Source: Acidobacteriota bacterium
GTDB lineage: Bacteria > Acidobacteriota > UBA6911 > RPQK01 > JADFOI01
DNA: 64,000 nt
Assembly (NCBI GenBank): GCA_963663035.1
Contig: OY760074.1
Span: 2,528,001 to 2,592,000, forward strand
Direction of reading: 5' to 3'
This document shows positions 55,716-64,000 of the stretch, piece by piece. Under the pieces are notes generated by a model. The model did no database searches, was not told where the DNA came from, and saw only the letters and a program-made list of their open reading frames with translations. Position numbers and translations under genes: made by a program. Numbering within the stretch: the first letter of the stretch is position 1; the number at the start of each line of letters is the position of its first letter.

Positions 55716-58700
55716 CTAAAACAGGATTCTGAGACCGAACTGAATCTGGCGCGGCCTGGTGGTGAGTGACCTCAGCTCCCCGGCGTTGCTTCGGACCCTG
55801 CCATCGTCGCGGAAGAGGTTAGTCCGGGGCGCACGGAAGTTGGCCCGGTTGAAGGCGTTGAAAAATTCGGCCCGAAACTGCACATTTATGTCTTCCGTGA
55901 TCTGATTGTTCTTGGTCAAAGAAAGATCGATATTTGCTATACCCGGTGCGATCAGGGTGTTGCGTCCCACATTACCGATGGTGACGATTTCACCGAAGTT
56001 GGGAGAAGCGGGGTCAGTGTTCGCAGGAGGTGGCCTGAAACCTGAAACATCGAAGTAGTGAAGATGATCTTTCGTTCCTAGGACCGGACTGAGGCTGTTA
56101 CCCGGAATAAGGTCGGGCATCTGCTGGCGAAGCTCCAGGTCATCGACAAAATCAGAAGCCGACATAGTGATGGTTTGCGCTGGCCCATCTGCCAGTCTCA
56201 CGATAGTGCTCAGCTGCCAGCCGCCTAGAACCGTATTCACCGCGTTGTTCCAACTGTTCCCCAAGGCCTTGCCCTGCCCGAAGGGAAGCTCAATAACGCT
56301 GCTGGCTGAGAAGGCATTTTGCACATGAAATGCGGCCAGGCTTCTGCGCAGGTCGGGCTCCGGATAGTAGCTGACGCCGCCGCCCTGGTTGCTAAAGCTG
56401 CCATTGACCTGGGAGCTTTCATCGATGGTCCTGGAGAAAGTGTAGGAAACCTGCAGCTGCCAGCCATCTCGAAAGCGGCGCTGAAAACCTGTTTGAAGGC
56501 TATGGTACCAGGAATCGACGGAGGTCTCTTGGCTGAGCAGGCACAAATCCGCTATCGCGGGGGCCGTGTTGCGCACCGTTGCATCGTCTGCATACACCAG
56601 GCGGCCATTGACGTTGTCGGCAACACCCATATTGATGCAGGTCTGGTGGAACAGGTTCAAGCCTCGAGAGCCGGCATAGCCGATTGTCACTGCGGCTCCG
56701 GGCAGAACCTCGTGCTGAATGTTGAGATTCCACTGGTACGTATGAGGATTCTTCATATAGTCATAGGCAAACGGCTGGATATCCTCACTCCCAATTCCCT
56801 GTTCTGTCACTTGGCGGTAGACACCGTTTGGGTCATCCCCGGGAGCAAAGGTCCCGTTTAAGCCACTGCGAAAGTTCTGCTCCCTCATATGGGGAGTGTT
56901 GCGAAAGCCGGCCCGCCGGAAGGCACCCGGTTGGATGTGATTGTAAAAGAGTCCGGCGCCCAGCCGGAAGGCGGTCTTTCCAGATCCGGTGGGATCATAG
57001 GCGAAGCCGATTCGAGGCATGAAACTCTTCACTGAAGGATTTTCAAACCAGGAATCACCATTCTTGCCATTGACGGTGACGCCAGTGTCGGTCAGGGGAC
57101 TCTTCATGTTGGAAAGTTTTCCGTCCGCTTCCGTGGGCACGGTGAAAAACTCGTGGCGGAGGCCCAGGTTGGCGGTGAGTTTGGGAGAAATTTGCCAGTC
57201 ATCCTGGAGGTACCAGGCTATGATGTCGGTATGGAAGTCCCTTATGCCGTCGGAATCCTCCAGAAGATTCCCGCGAAATCGACTGGGTTGGTTGAACATA
57301 AAGCGCACCATGTTGGAAAAGGAAAAATCCCCGGCAATACGGGACGGGTTCTCGCCGCCGAAGTCCACGCGATGCCAGGAGAACCCTGCTTTCAGAGAGT
57401 GAGGGCCCGTGTTGTAAATGATATCGTCCTGCCATTGGTAGTTGGTGGTTTTGGCAAACGTCCAGCCATTGGCTCCTCCTGCCGGCGCTGACACGCCTGC
57501 AGCGGAAAGGCCGCCAGGATTATACTCACCCATAGTCGGCTGTTTACTCTCTTCAGTACCGAAAGTTGGGGTTTTAAATTTATCTAGCGGAATAAAGTTA
57601 AGAGCGGGGTTGCAACAACCGTCCTGTTCAGTAGATGTCGCAAAATTCTGGCGGCGACCGATGCCAACACGAGCGATGTTCAGGAGTTGAGGCGAGAAGA
57701 TATGTTTCTCCTCGAAGGTCGAAAAGTCATTCTCGACAATCTCCGCTGTGCTCCAAAAAGGAATATCATGGATCGCATTTCGGTCGGAGTCCTGCCAGGT
57801 ATAGCGCCCGAAAATGGAGTCAGACTCGGAGAAGTTGTGATCGACTCGGAGCTGATAATAGTCTTCGCTCACTGGACGGGGTGTATCGAACCTCTCTTCA
57901 GTTGTTCCATCTTCTTGGTCGATTGTATTGGACGCGGCTAGAGGATAAAAGTCAGTCGTCAGGTAGCGAAGAACGCCGGGGTCAAAGGCCGCGAACTGGC
58001 GCATGTCGGCCAGAGGGGCGCCTTCGTCAATGCTCGGCCTGCCCCTTGAATCCAAGACGATATCGCCATTGCTATCAACCTCGAGCGGCAGAAAGCCATT
58101 CCGTGTGGCGTCGGTGGGAAGGGTGCGCGACCGCGCTTGGGCCTTCCGCTCTCGCATGCCTTCGAAATTAAAAAAGAAGAAGGTTTGATTTTCAATAATG
58201 GGGCCTCCGATGCTGAACCCATACTGATTGCGGATGAACTCCGCTTTTTCTAGGCCCGCGTCCAGCTTGCTGAAGAAGTCGGAGGCATCCAGATTGTCGT
58301 TGCGAATATATTCATAGATGGAGCCATGAAACTCGTTGCCGCCGGCCTTGCTGACCACGTTGATTACGCCTCCCGCGGCACCTCCAAACTGGGCACTGTA
58401 GGAATTCCTTTCGACCCTGAACTCCTGGACGGCTTCCCCACCCAGAAAACTTCCTGAGACACCTGCCGGAACACCTTGGTCGGAACCCTTCACCGAACTG
58501 CCGTCCAGCAATACCGCCGAGTCGTGGGGGCGAGCGCCGCCGACAGACACCCTCTGGGAGTAGCCGTTGTTGACACCTCCTTCACCCAGACCACCGGCTG
58601 TGGTGACATGGACGGCTCCGGGCTGCAGCGTCATCAGTGAGGTCAGGTCCCGTCCATTGAGAGGAAGCTCCAGAACCGTGTGGCGGTCCACCAGAGAGCC

Positions 58701-59093
58701 CAGGGCGCCCGAGGTGGTCTCCACCAGGGGAGCTTCACCGGTCACGGTCACCCGCTCGGTGATCTCTCCTACGTTCAGGTTGAAGTTCACCACAGCGCGT
58801 CGGCCGATGGTCAGCTCAATACCCGTGCGGACCTCAGTCTGAAAGCCGGGCAGGCTTGCCGCAATCTCATAGTCGCCCAAGTTCAAATTCGGCGCCAGGT
58901 ATCTGCCCTCATCATCGCTGATGACGGTCCTGCTAATCGCGGTGTCCAGGTGGGTGACCGTTACTTCGGTTCCCGGCAGTACAGCACCCGTGGCATCCTG
59001 GACGGTTCCCAAGACCGTACCCGTAGTGACCTGGGCCCAGGCCAGAGAAAAGTGAAAAGTCACGACTAACAGTATGGAAAATACTTTAGCCAT
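55716..59093 (-). CDS. Oar-type TonB-dependent receptor with N-terminal carboxypeptidase-regulatory-like domain
   Basis: GTVQDATGAVLPG, VTVTGEAPLVET, LPLNGR, YLQDDW, PRQIQFGLRILF; ATG 59093 after RBS gggagg. Confidence 0.93.
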   Translation of the reverse strand: MAKVFSILLVVTFHFSLAWAQVTTGTVLGTVQDATGAVLPGTEVTVTHLDTAISRTVISDDEGRYLAPNLNLGDYEIAASLPGFQTEVRTGIELTIGRRAVVNFNLNVGEITERVTVTGEAPLVETTSGALGSLVDRHTVLELPLNGRDLTSLMTLQPGAVHVTTAGGLGEGGVNNGYSQRVSVGGARPHDSAVLLDGSSVKGSDQGVPAGVSGSFLGGEAVQEFRVERNSYSAQFGGAAGGVINVVSKAGGNEFHGSIYEYIRNDNLDASDFFSKLDAGLEKAEFIRNQYGFSIGGPIIENQTFFFFNFEGMRERKAQARSRTLPTDATRNGFLPLEVDSNGDIVLDSRGRPSIDEGAPLADMRQFAAFDPGVLRYLTTDFYPLAASNTIDQEDGTTEERFDTPRPVSEDYYQLRVDHNFSESDSIFGRYTWQDSDRNAIHDIPFWSTAEIVENDFSTFEEKHIFSPQLLNIARVGIGRRQNFATSTEQDGCCNPALNFIPLDKFKTPTFGTEESKQPTMGEYNPGGLSAAGVSAPAGGANGWTFAKTTNYQWQDDIIYNTGPHSLKAGFSWHRVDFGGENPSRIAGDFSFSNMVRFMFNQPSRFRGNLLEDSDGIRDFHTDIIAWYLQDDWQISPKLTANLGLRHEFFTVPTEADGKLSNMKSPLTDTGVTVNGKNGDSWFENPSVKSFMPRIGFAYDPTGSGKTAFRLGAGLFYNHIQPGAFRRAGFRNTPHMREQNFRSGLNGTFAPGDDPNGVYRQVTEQGIGSEDIQPFAYDYMKNPHTYQWNLNIQHEVLPGAAVTIGYAGSRGLNLFHQTCINMGVADNVNGRLVYADDATVRNTAPAIADLCLLSQETSVDSWYHSLQTGFQRRFRDGWQLQVSYTFSRTIDESSQVNGSFSNQGGGVSYYPEPDLRRSLAAFHVQNAFSASSVIELPFGQGKALGNSWNNAVNTVLGGWQLSTIVRLADGPAQTITMSASDFVDDLELRQQMPDLIPGNSLSPVLGTKDHLHYFDVSGFRPPPANTDPASPNFGEIVTIGNVGRNTLIAPGIANIDLSLTKNNQITEDINVQFRAEFFNAFNRANFRAPRTNLFRDDGRVRSNAGELRSLTTRPRQIQFGLRILF

Positions 59094-59104
59094 GGTGCCC
59101 TCCC

Positions 59105-60484
59105 GAGGTTCCGTCAATAAGTGTGTAAATAGACATCAGGCGGCTTTCTCCTGGGTGACTGGGTTGACTGGAACTCCATTGACATATTGGGCTCCTTGGT
59201 AGACATCCTTCATCAAGTGGGGAGCCTTCAAACGGCGAAATCTCTTCTCAGCGACCAGCAGCATCTTCCAGATGACAGCCCGTGCGTTGGCCACTTTCTT
59301 GAACCTTCGAGCAGCATCGGTTCGCAGTCGCAGAGCAGAGAAGGGAGACTCCACTGGGTTGGTAGTCCGCAGATGTTGCCACTGCTGTTTGGGATAGTTG
59401 TAAAACGTCACCATCCGCTCCCAGTCCTGGTCGATCAGATCAGCCGCTGCCTCCAGGCCTCTCTTGCTACACCAATGTTGGAATCGTCCTTTGACTCGCT
59501 CGGCTTCCTGCCGTGTTTCTGCATAAGGGATCTGCCGCAACATCAACAAGGCCGCTTTGTGCCGACTCTTGGGGATCTTGGCCAGCAAGTTGACGATGCG
59601 ATGATTCCAGCATCTCTGCTCGTCGGCTTCTGGGAACACGTTGCGCAACGCTCCCCAGATCCCCAGATGCCCGTCAGCGATCACCAGACGGGGTGGGTTC
59701 ATCCCCCGCTCTTTGAGATCCCGCAGCACTTCGGACCAGCTCTGGGTCGATTCTCGATAACCACTACTGACGGACACCACCACTTTAGTGCCATCACTTA
59801 AAGCGGCGATCACTACCAGAATCACGGCCTTCTCCTTCTCCAGCCCTGCTTTGATGTACACGCCGTCCGCCCACAAATACACGACTTCCAGATCATCCAG
59901 CCGACGGCTCTGCCAGGCCTCCATTTCTCCCTGCCACTTCTGTTTCAACCGGGCTACGGTGCTGGGGGACAGCGGCGCTTCTTCCCCTAAAAGCCCTCTC
60001 AAGGCCAGATCGAAATCCCCCTCGGCCAGACCATGTAAATAGAGTTCTGGAATCAAGTCTCGTACCTCTCGCGTTCGCTTGGCAAACAGCGGCAAGACCC
60101 GGCTCTCAAAACGCTCTTCCAGATCCCGCACTCGGGGACGCCGCAGCTTGATCGTTCCGCAACTCATCGTCAGTCGCCGCTCCTTGCCGTAGCCGTTGCG
60201 ATAGCCACCGGAGGCGTCCACTTCTCGGCGACGCTCATTCTTTCTTCGTCCCAGCAGCTGTGTCACTTCATCCTCCAGCAGTTCCTGTACGTAAAACTGG
60301 ATCTGCTCTCGCACCCACTCTTCCAGCTGTTCAAAGCAGACTCTTGACTCCACACTGTGATCAATGTTCTTCTTGCTCATGGCGGTGTGACTCCTTCCTT
60401 TCGGGCTCTTCCGCCCGGGTTTTTATTTTCACCCGGAAGGATAATCACCGCCTGTGCTATTTACACACCTTTTGAGGGTAGCTC
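59105..60484 (-). mobile_element. Complete IS256-family element
   Basis: 28 bp imperfect TIRs (59105-59132, 60457-60484); 8 bp TSD GCCCTCCC at 59097-59104 and 60485-60492. Confidence 0.95.
59136..60380 (-). CDS. IS256-family transposase
   Basis: YRNGY, PRVRD, WADGVY, IADGHLG, QRCWNH, RTTNPVES. Confidence 0.95.
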   Translation of the reverse strand: MSKKNIDHSVESRVCFEQLEEWVREQIQFYVQELLEDEVTQLLGRRKNERRREVDASGGYRNGYGKERRLTMSCGTIKLRRPRVRDLEERFESRVLPLFAKRTREVRDLIPELYLHGLAEGDFDLALRGLLGEEAPLSPSTVARLKQKWQGEMEAWQSRRLDDLEVVYLWADGVYIKAGLEKEKAVILVVIAALSDGTKVVVSVSSGYRESTQSWSEVLRDLKERGMNPPRLVIADGHLGIWGALRNVFPEADEQRCWNHRIVNLLAKIPKSRHKAALLMLRQIPYAETRQEAERVKGRFQHWCSKRGLEAAADLIDQDWERMVTFYNYPKQQWQHLRTTNPVESPFSALRLRTDAARRFKKVANARAVIWKMLLVAEKRFRRLKAPHLMKDVYQGAQYVNGVPVNPVTQEKAA

Positions 60485-60543
60485 GCCCTCCCTCTCAGTT
60501 GAAGTGGCTAGCTTAAAACTGGATGTTGTACCTCAAACAAAAC

Positions 60544-60580
60544 TTGTCTGACTAATACACCTTATCCAACTACCTGTCAA
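60544..60580 (-). promoter_or_regulatory. Putative original promoter of the TonB receptor, with overlapping GntR/FadR-like operator
   Basis: Minus strand TTGACA-N17-TATTAG (60580-60552); quasi-palindrome TTGTCTGACTA at 60544-60554. Confidence 0.5.
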
Positions 60581-60599
60581 GCAAGAAATCGACATTCCT

Positions 60600-60722
60600 C
60601 ATGGTGATGAAGAATTCATCGACGTGCCAGATGTCGCCGAGTCTTCCCTGTTTACGACGCAGAGTTCGAGAGTAGGATGGTCCGAATTTCTGACACCAGT
60701 ATCGGATCGCTTCGTAGGAGAC
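60600..60722 (-). pseudogene. IS6-family transposase fragment
   Basis: VSYEAIRYWCQKFGPSY...GDIWHVDEFFI. Confidence 0.75.
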
Positions 60723-60876
60723 AAGAAGGAGCGGGCGGGGGAACGAGCATGCCTTATCTGGGGTTGAGCGGACTTCTTGGAGGTCTGGTCGGGGCGGGCT
60801 TGGTCCTTGTGATCCGTAGAAGCCTGTGATATAAAATTGATTTTGGATCAAGGAGAGGATTCGATAAGGAGAGGAC

Positions 60877-61218
60877 ATGAAACTGAGTTCGTCCTCATTG
60901 GCGACTCTTGCCGTCCTTCTGCTGGTGATCCAGGGGAGTCCGCAGCAGGTGCAGGAGGCTACCGTTAAAGTGACCGAAAAGGGCTATGAGCCAGCTGAGC
61001 TTAAGCTTCAGCTGGGGGTTCCGGCCCGGCTGACGTTTGTACGCGAAACGGACAAAACCTGTGGAACTGAAGTCGTCCTTCCGGAATACCACATCGAGCG
61101 CGCACTGCCGCTGAATGAGCGCGTAGTCATTGAGTTCACACCGCAAAAGTCCGGAACATTTGGGTTCGCTTGCGGCATGAATATGCTGAAAGGCAGGCTG
61201 GTCATTTCCGAAAACTAG
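60877..61218 (+). CDS. Exported cupredoxin-domain protein
   Basis: VTEKGYEP, CGTEVVLP, FACGMNMLKG. Confidence 0.9.
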   Translation: MKLSSSSLATLAVLLLVIQGSPQQVQEATVKVTEKGYEPAELKLQLGVPARLTFVRETDKTCGTEVVLPEYHIERALPLNERVVIEFTPQKSGTFGFACGMNMLKGRLVISEN

Positions 61219-61233
61219 GAGCCCGCTTTTCCT

Positions 61234-63114
61234 TTGACAAGGTTCCATATTCTTCTGATTGGCCCACTGGCGCTTGTTACGATGAGCACCGGCTGCGTGT
61301 CTACAACCCTACCGTTGGCTTCAGATCACCCGGCCTTGGCCGATGCCCCTAGCGGGCGGGTAGAAAGCGAACCCGCGGCCGTCCTGCTCCCGGACGCACC
61401 TTTGTACCCGGAGGTGGGAAACCGGGAACTTGAGCGGGGTTCAGTTTCCAGTGCCGATGATCCTGAGCCCGATGGGACGCGTGAAGCGCCGTATGTCGGA
61501 CGCGGGGTGATTCAGAGAATCGGCGAAGGCCAGCTGGAGATCCAGCATGAGGCCATCCCTGGTCTCATGGGCGCAATGACGATGGCCTTTCCAGTCGTTG
61601 AGGAAGCGATGGGCGATTCCCTGGAAGTGGGTGATGAGATCATCTTTAGGATCGAGAATCACCCGGAACACGGTTATCAAATCTTCAGTGTCGATGCGGC
61701 GACCCCCTGCCTTGAAGGTTTAAAAATGGGAATAGCAAAACCAGTCACGCTCGTGTGCATGCTCGTTCTGTTGGGCAGTCTCTCTGCATGCGCGCCACGC
61801 GATGCCGGCTTCGGGTCCGTTCAGGTTCTACTCGAGCAAAGGGCCGGGCTTGACGTGCGGTGGCGTTACCTCGATGGACCGACGGATGAGACGGTGGCGG
61901 AAATGCTTGCTCAGCCCGTGGGTCCCGAGGAGGCCGTTCGAATCGCTCTCCTGAACAACCGCGACCTGCAGGCATCTTTTGAAGAGTTGGGGATAGCGCG
62001 GGCCTCACTTTTGGGGGCCAGTTTGCCGCCCAATATCGAAGTCGACTTCGACAGGCATCGAGTACCAGGCGCAAAGTCCGAGTTCTCCTTTGCAGCAACG
62101 ATCGATCTGTCCCGTGTGCTGTTCCTGTCGATGCGCCGGGGAGTGGTCTCCGCCGAACTGGATGCAGTTCGCTTTCAGACAACGGGCACGCTTTTGGGGT
62201 TTGCACAGGCCGTCCGCACTGCCTATTACGACTATCAGGCGGCCGAACAGCTGTTGGAGCTGATCCAGACTGTGCTTGAAGCTGCTGCGGCCTCCTACGA
62301 TGTCGCCCAGCGTCTCCACGAAGCCGGCAACATCACGGCGCTGGAACTGGCCAACGAACGAGCATTCTACGAGGAAAGCCGAAGCCAGATCGCCCTCTCT
62401 GAAGCAGTCACCTTCAGCCGTCGAGAGGAGCTCACTGCGCTGATGGGTCTGTCGGGGATGGAGACCCACTGGCAACTGGCAGGGCGGTTGGTGGAGCCGC
62501 CAGAGGAGTCGCCCCATCTAGCAAATCTGGAGGCACGAGCGATCGAACAAAGCCTGGACCTTGTCGCACTGGAGCATCGGTATGTGGGGGCAGCCCGGCG
62601 CGCCAACCTCGCCCGGGCCGAGGGGCTCCTGCCCACGTTGCGTGCCGGAATCCATATGGACAGTGATGAGGGTCTCCGTGAATTCGGCCCGGTGATTTCG
62701 TTCGACCTACCCGTATTCGACCAGGGGCAGGCTGGGGTTGCGCTCGCGCGTGCCGAAATGCGGCAACTGGAACAGCGGTACAGAGCGCTCGCCATCCGTA
62801 TCCGCGCCACCGTGCGTACCGCGCGGAACGCCCTGCTGATCGCCGGCCGACGAGTCGATCACTATCAGGATGTCCTGCTCCCCTTGAGGGAACAGATCGT
62901 AGAACAGACTCAACGGCAGTACAACGCGATGGAGCTAGGCGTGTTTCAACTGATCGTGGCTCGGCGAGATCAGGTGCGGACGGCCCAAGAATACGTGATC
63001 GCACTTCGCGGATACTGGCACGCGCGGGCCACGCTGGACCAGATCCTGGCCGGCCGGCTCGTGTCTGTCGGGGGCTATCTCGGTGCTATGCCTGAGGGTC
63101 TGGAGATGCCGTGA
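61234..63114 (+). CDS. CusF-like lipoprotein in frame with a TolC-family lipoprotein (second start likely at 61726)
   Basis: Lipobox STGC; HEAIPGLMGAMTMAF; second signal with LSAC; ALLNNRDLQA, DLPVFDQG. Confidence 0.8.
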   Translation: MTRFHILLIGPLALVTMSTGCVSTTLPLASDHPALADAPSGRVESEPAAVLLPDAPLYPEVGNRELERGSVSSADDPEPDGTREAPYVGRGVIQRIGEGQLEIQHEAIPGLMGAMTMAFPVVEEAMGDSLEVGDEIIFRIENHPEHGYQIFSVDAATPCLEGLKMGIAKPVTLVCMLVLLGSLSACAPRDAGFGSVQVLLEQRAGLDVRWRYLDGPTDETVAEMLAQPVGPEEAVRIALLNNRDLQASFEELGIARASLLGASLPPNIEVDFDRHRVPGAKSEFSFAATIDLSRVLFLSMRRGVVSAELDAVRFQTTGTLLGFAQAVRTAYYDYQAAEQLLELIQTVLEAAAASYDVAQRLHEAGNITALELANERAFYEESRSQIALSEAVTFSRREELTALMGLSGMETHWQLAGRLVEPPEESPHLANLEARAIEQSLDLVALEHRYVGAARRANLARAEGLLPTLRAGIHMDSDEGLREFGPVISFDLPVFDQGQAGVALARAEMRQLEQRYRALAIRIRATVRTARNALLIAGRRVDHYQDVLLPLREQIVEQTQRQYNAMELGVFQLIVARRDQVRTAQEYVIALRGYWHARATLDQILAGRLVSVGGYLGAMPEGLEMP

Positions 63115-63136
63115 ATTGGGGGAAAGGAGACTTCGA

Positions 63137-64000
63137 ATGATCTCAAGAAGAAATTTCGTGATGGGGTCATGGATCGCCGGCGGCGGGCTTCTGGCTGCAC
63201 GCCCAGCTGTTGCCCAAGCCGCACAGATCCAAGAGACCGGCTACACGTCGGTCGTGACTCCGAACGGCGTGTCGCTTCCCTTTCGGATGGTAGAGGGCGT
63301 GAAAGTCTTCCACCTGATCTCCGAACCGGTGGAGCACGAGTTCGCTTCGGGCTTGAAAGCGAGCTGCTGGGGTTACAACGGCAGGACGTCGGGACCGACG
63401 ATCGAAGCCGTGGAAGGTGATCGGGTTCGCATCTACGTCACCAACCGTCTGCCTGAGCCCACAACCGTCCACTGGCATGGCATCATCCTGCCCAACGGCA
63501 TGGACGGCGTGGGCGGTCTGACCCAGCCCTATATCCGCCCTGGAGAAACTTTCAGGTATGAGTTCCCGTTCCTCTATCCGGGGACGTTCATGTACCACCC
63601 GCACGTCGACGAGATGACTCAGATGGGCATGGGACTCATGGGCATGATTGTCGTCCATGAACGGAACCCGCAATACCCGGTTGATCGCGACTTCGCCATC
63701 ATGCTGAGCGAGTGGTATGTCCCGATTGGCACCCGCCGTCCCGACCCGCGCGAGATGTCGGATTTCAATGTTTTGACGATGAACAGCAAAGCTTTCCCGG
63801 GGACCGATCCACTCGTTGTCCGCACGGGTCAACGGGTCCGTATGCGATTTGGGAACCTGAGCGCGATGGACAACCATCCGATCCACCTGCACGGCTATTC
63901 TTTCAAGATCGCTGGAACCGACGGGGGACGCATTGCGGAAACGGCTCAGCAGCCGGAAACGACCGTTCTGGTGCCCGTGGGAGCGACGCGAGACATCGAG
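63137..64000 (+). CDS. Tat-exported multicopper oxidase (truncated by window end)
   Basis: Not in the ORF track; hand translation MISRRNFV, WGYNG, VHWHG, MYHPH, HPIHLHG; RBS aggag. Confidence 0.92.
   Translation, partial: MISRRNFVMGSWIAGGGLLAARPAVAQAAQIQETGYTSVVTPNGVSLPFRMVEGVKVFHLISEPVEHEFASGLKASCWGYNGRTSGPTIEAVEGDRVRIYVTNRLPEPTTVHWHGIILPNGMDGVGGLTQPYIRPGETFRYEFPFLYPGTFMYHPHVDEMTQMGMGLMGMIVVHERNPQYPVDRDFAIMLSEWYVPIGTRRPDPREMSDFNVLTMNSKAFPGTDPLVVRTGQRVRMRFGNLSAMDNHPIHLHGYSFKIAGTDGGRIAETAQQPETTVLVPVGATRDIE

Noticed and set aside
63167-63892. 241 aa minus-strand ORF (and similar long antisense ORFs at 27332, 32188, 47952, 59187)
   Set aside because: Antisense shadows of well-supported genes

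Overview
Bacterial chromosomal window, probably Acidobacteriota (Oar-type TonB-dependent receptor, GWxTD protein; taxonomy is inference). Contents: an F420 operon (npdG-cofD-cofC-cofE), a tandem-YjbQ gene broken by one in-frame TAG, a Nudix-MBL fusion, AddAB-like helicase-nuclease, ferritin, fumC, many amide-hydrolysing enzymes, and extensive copper/heavy-metal genes (CusA/CzcA, two TolC, two MFP, CopC-CopD-YtkA, two YcnI, cupredoxin, CusF-TolC, multicopper oxidase). Best candidate for an undescribed system: a complete MxaRSACKL/Bat-like MoxR-VWA chaperone set in permuted order (K-L-R ... S-A-C). It brackets an 8.4 kb block of mostly exported enzymes: a Tat/GMC oxidoreductase pair, two amidohydrolases, a hydrolase and a cohesin-like protein ending in CLFYMH. 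No PQQ dehydrogenase is in the window. Intergenic DNA holds six copies of a rod-like hairpin repeat with compensatory changes, nested REP/MITE elements, heptamer arrays, an IS256 inserted in a ribosome-binding site, and a DDE element with multiple end repeats. All calls are by motif recognition, without database searches. No rRNA, tRNA or CRISPR was seen.
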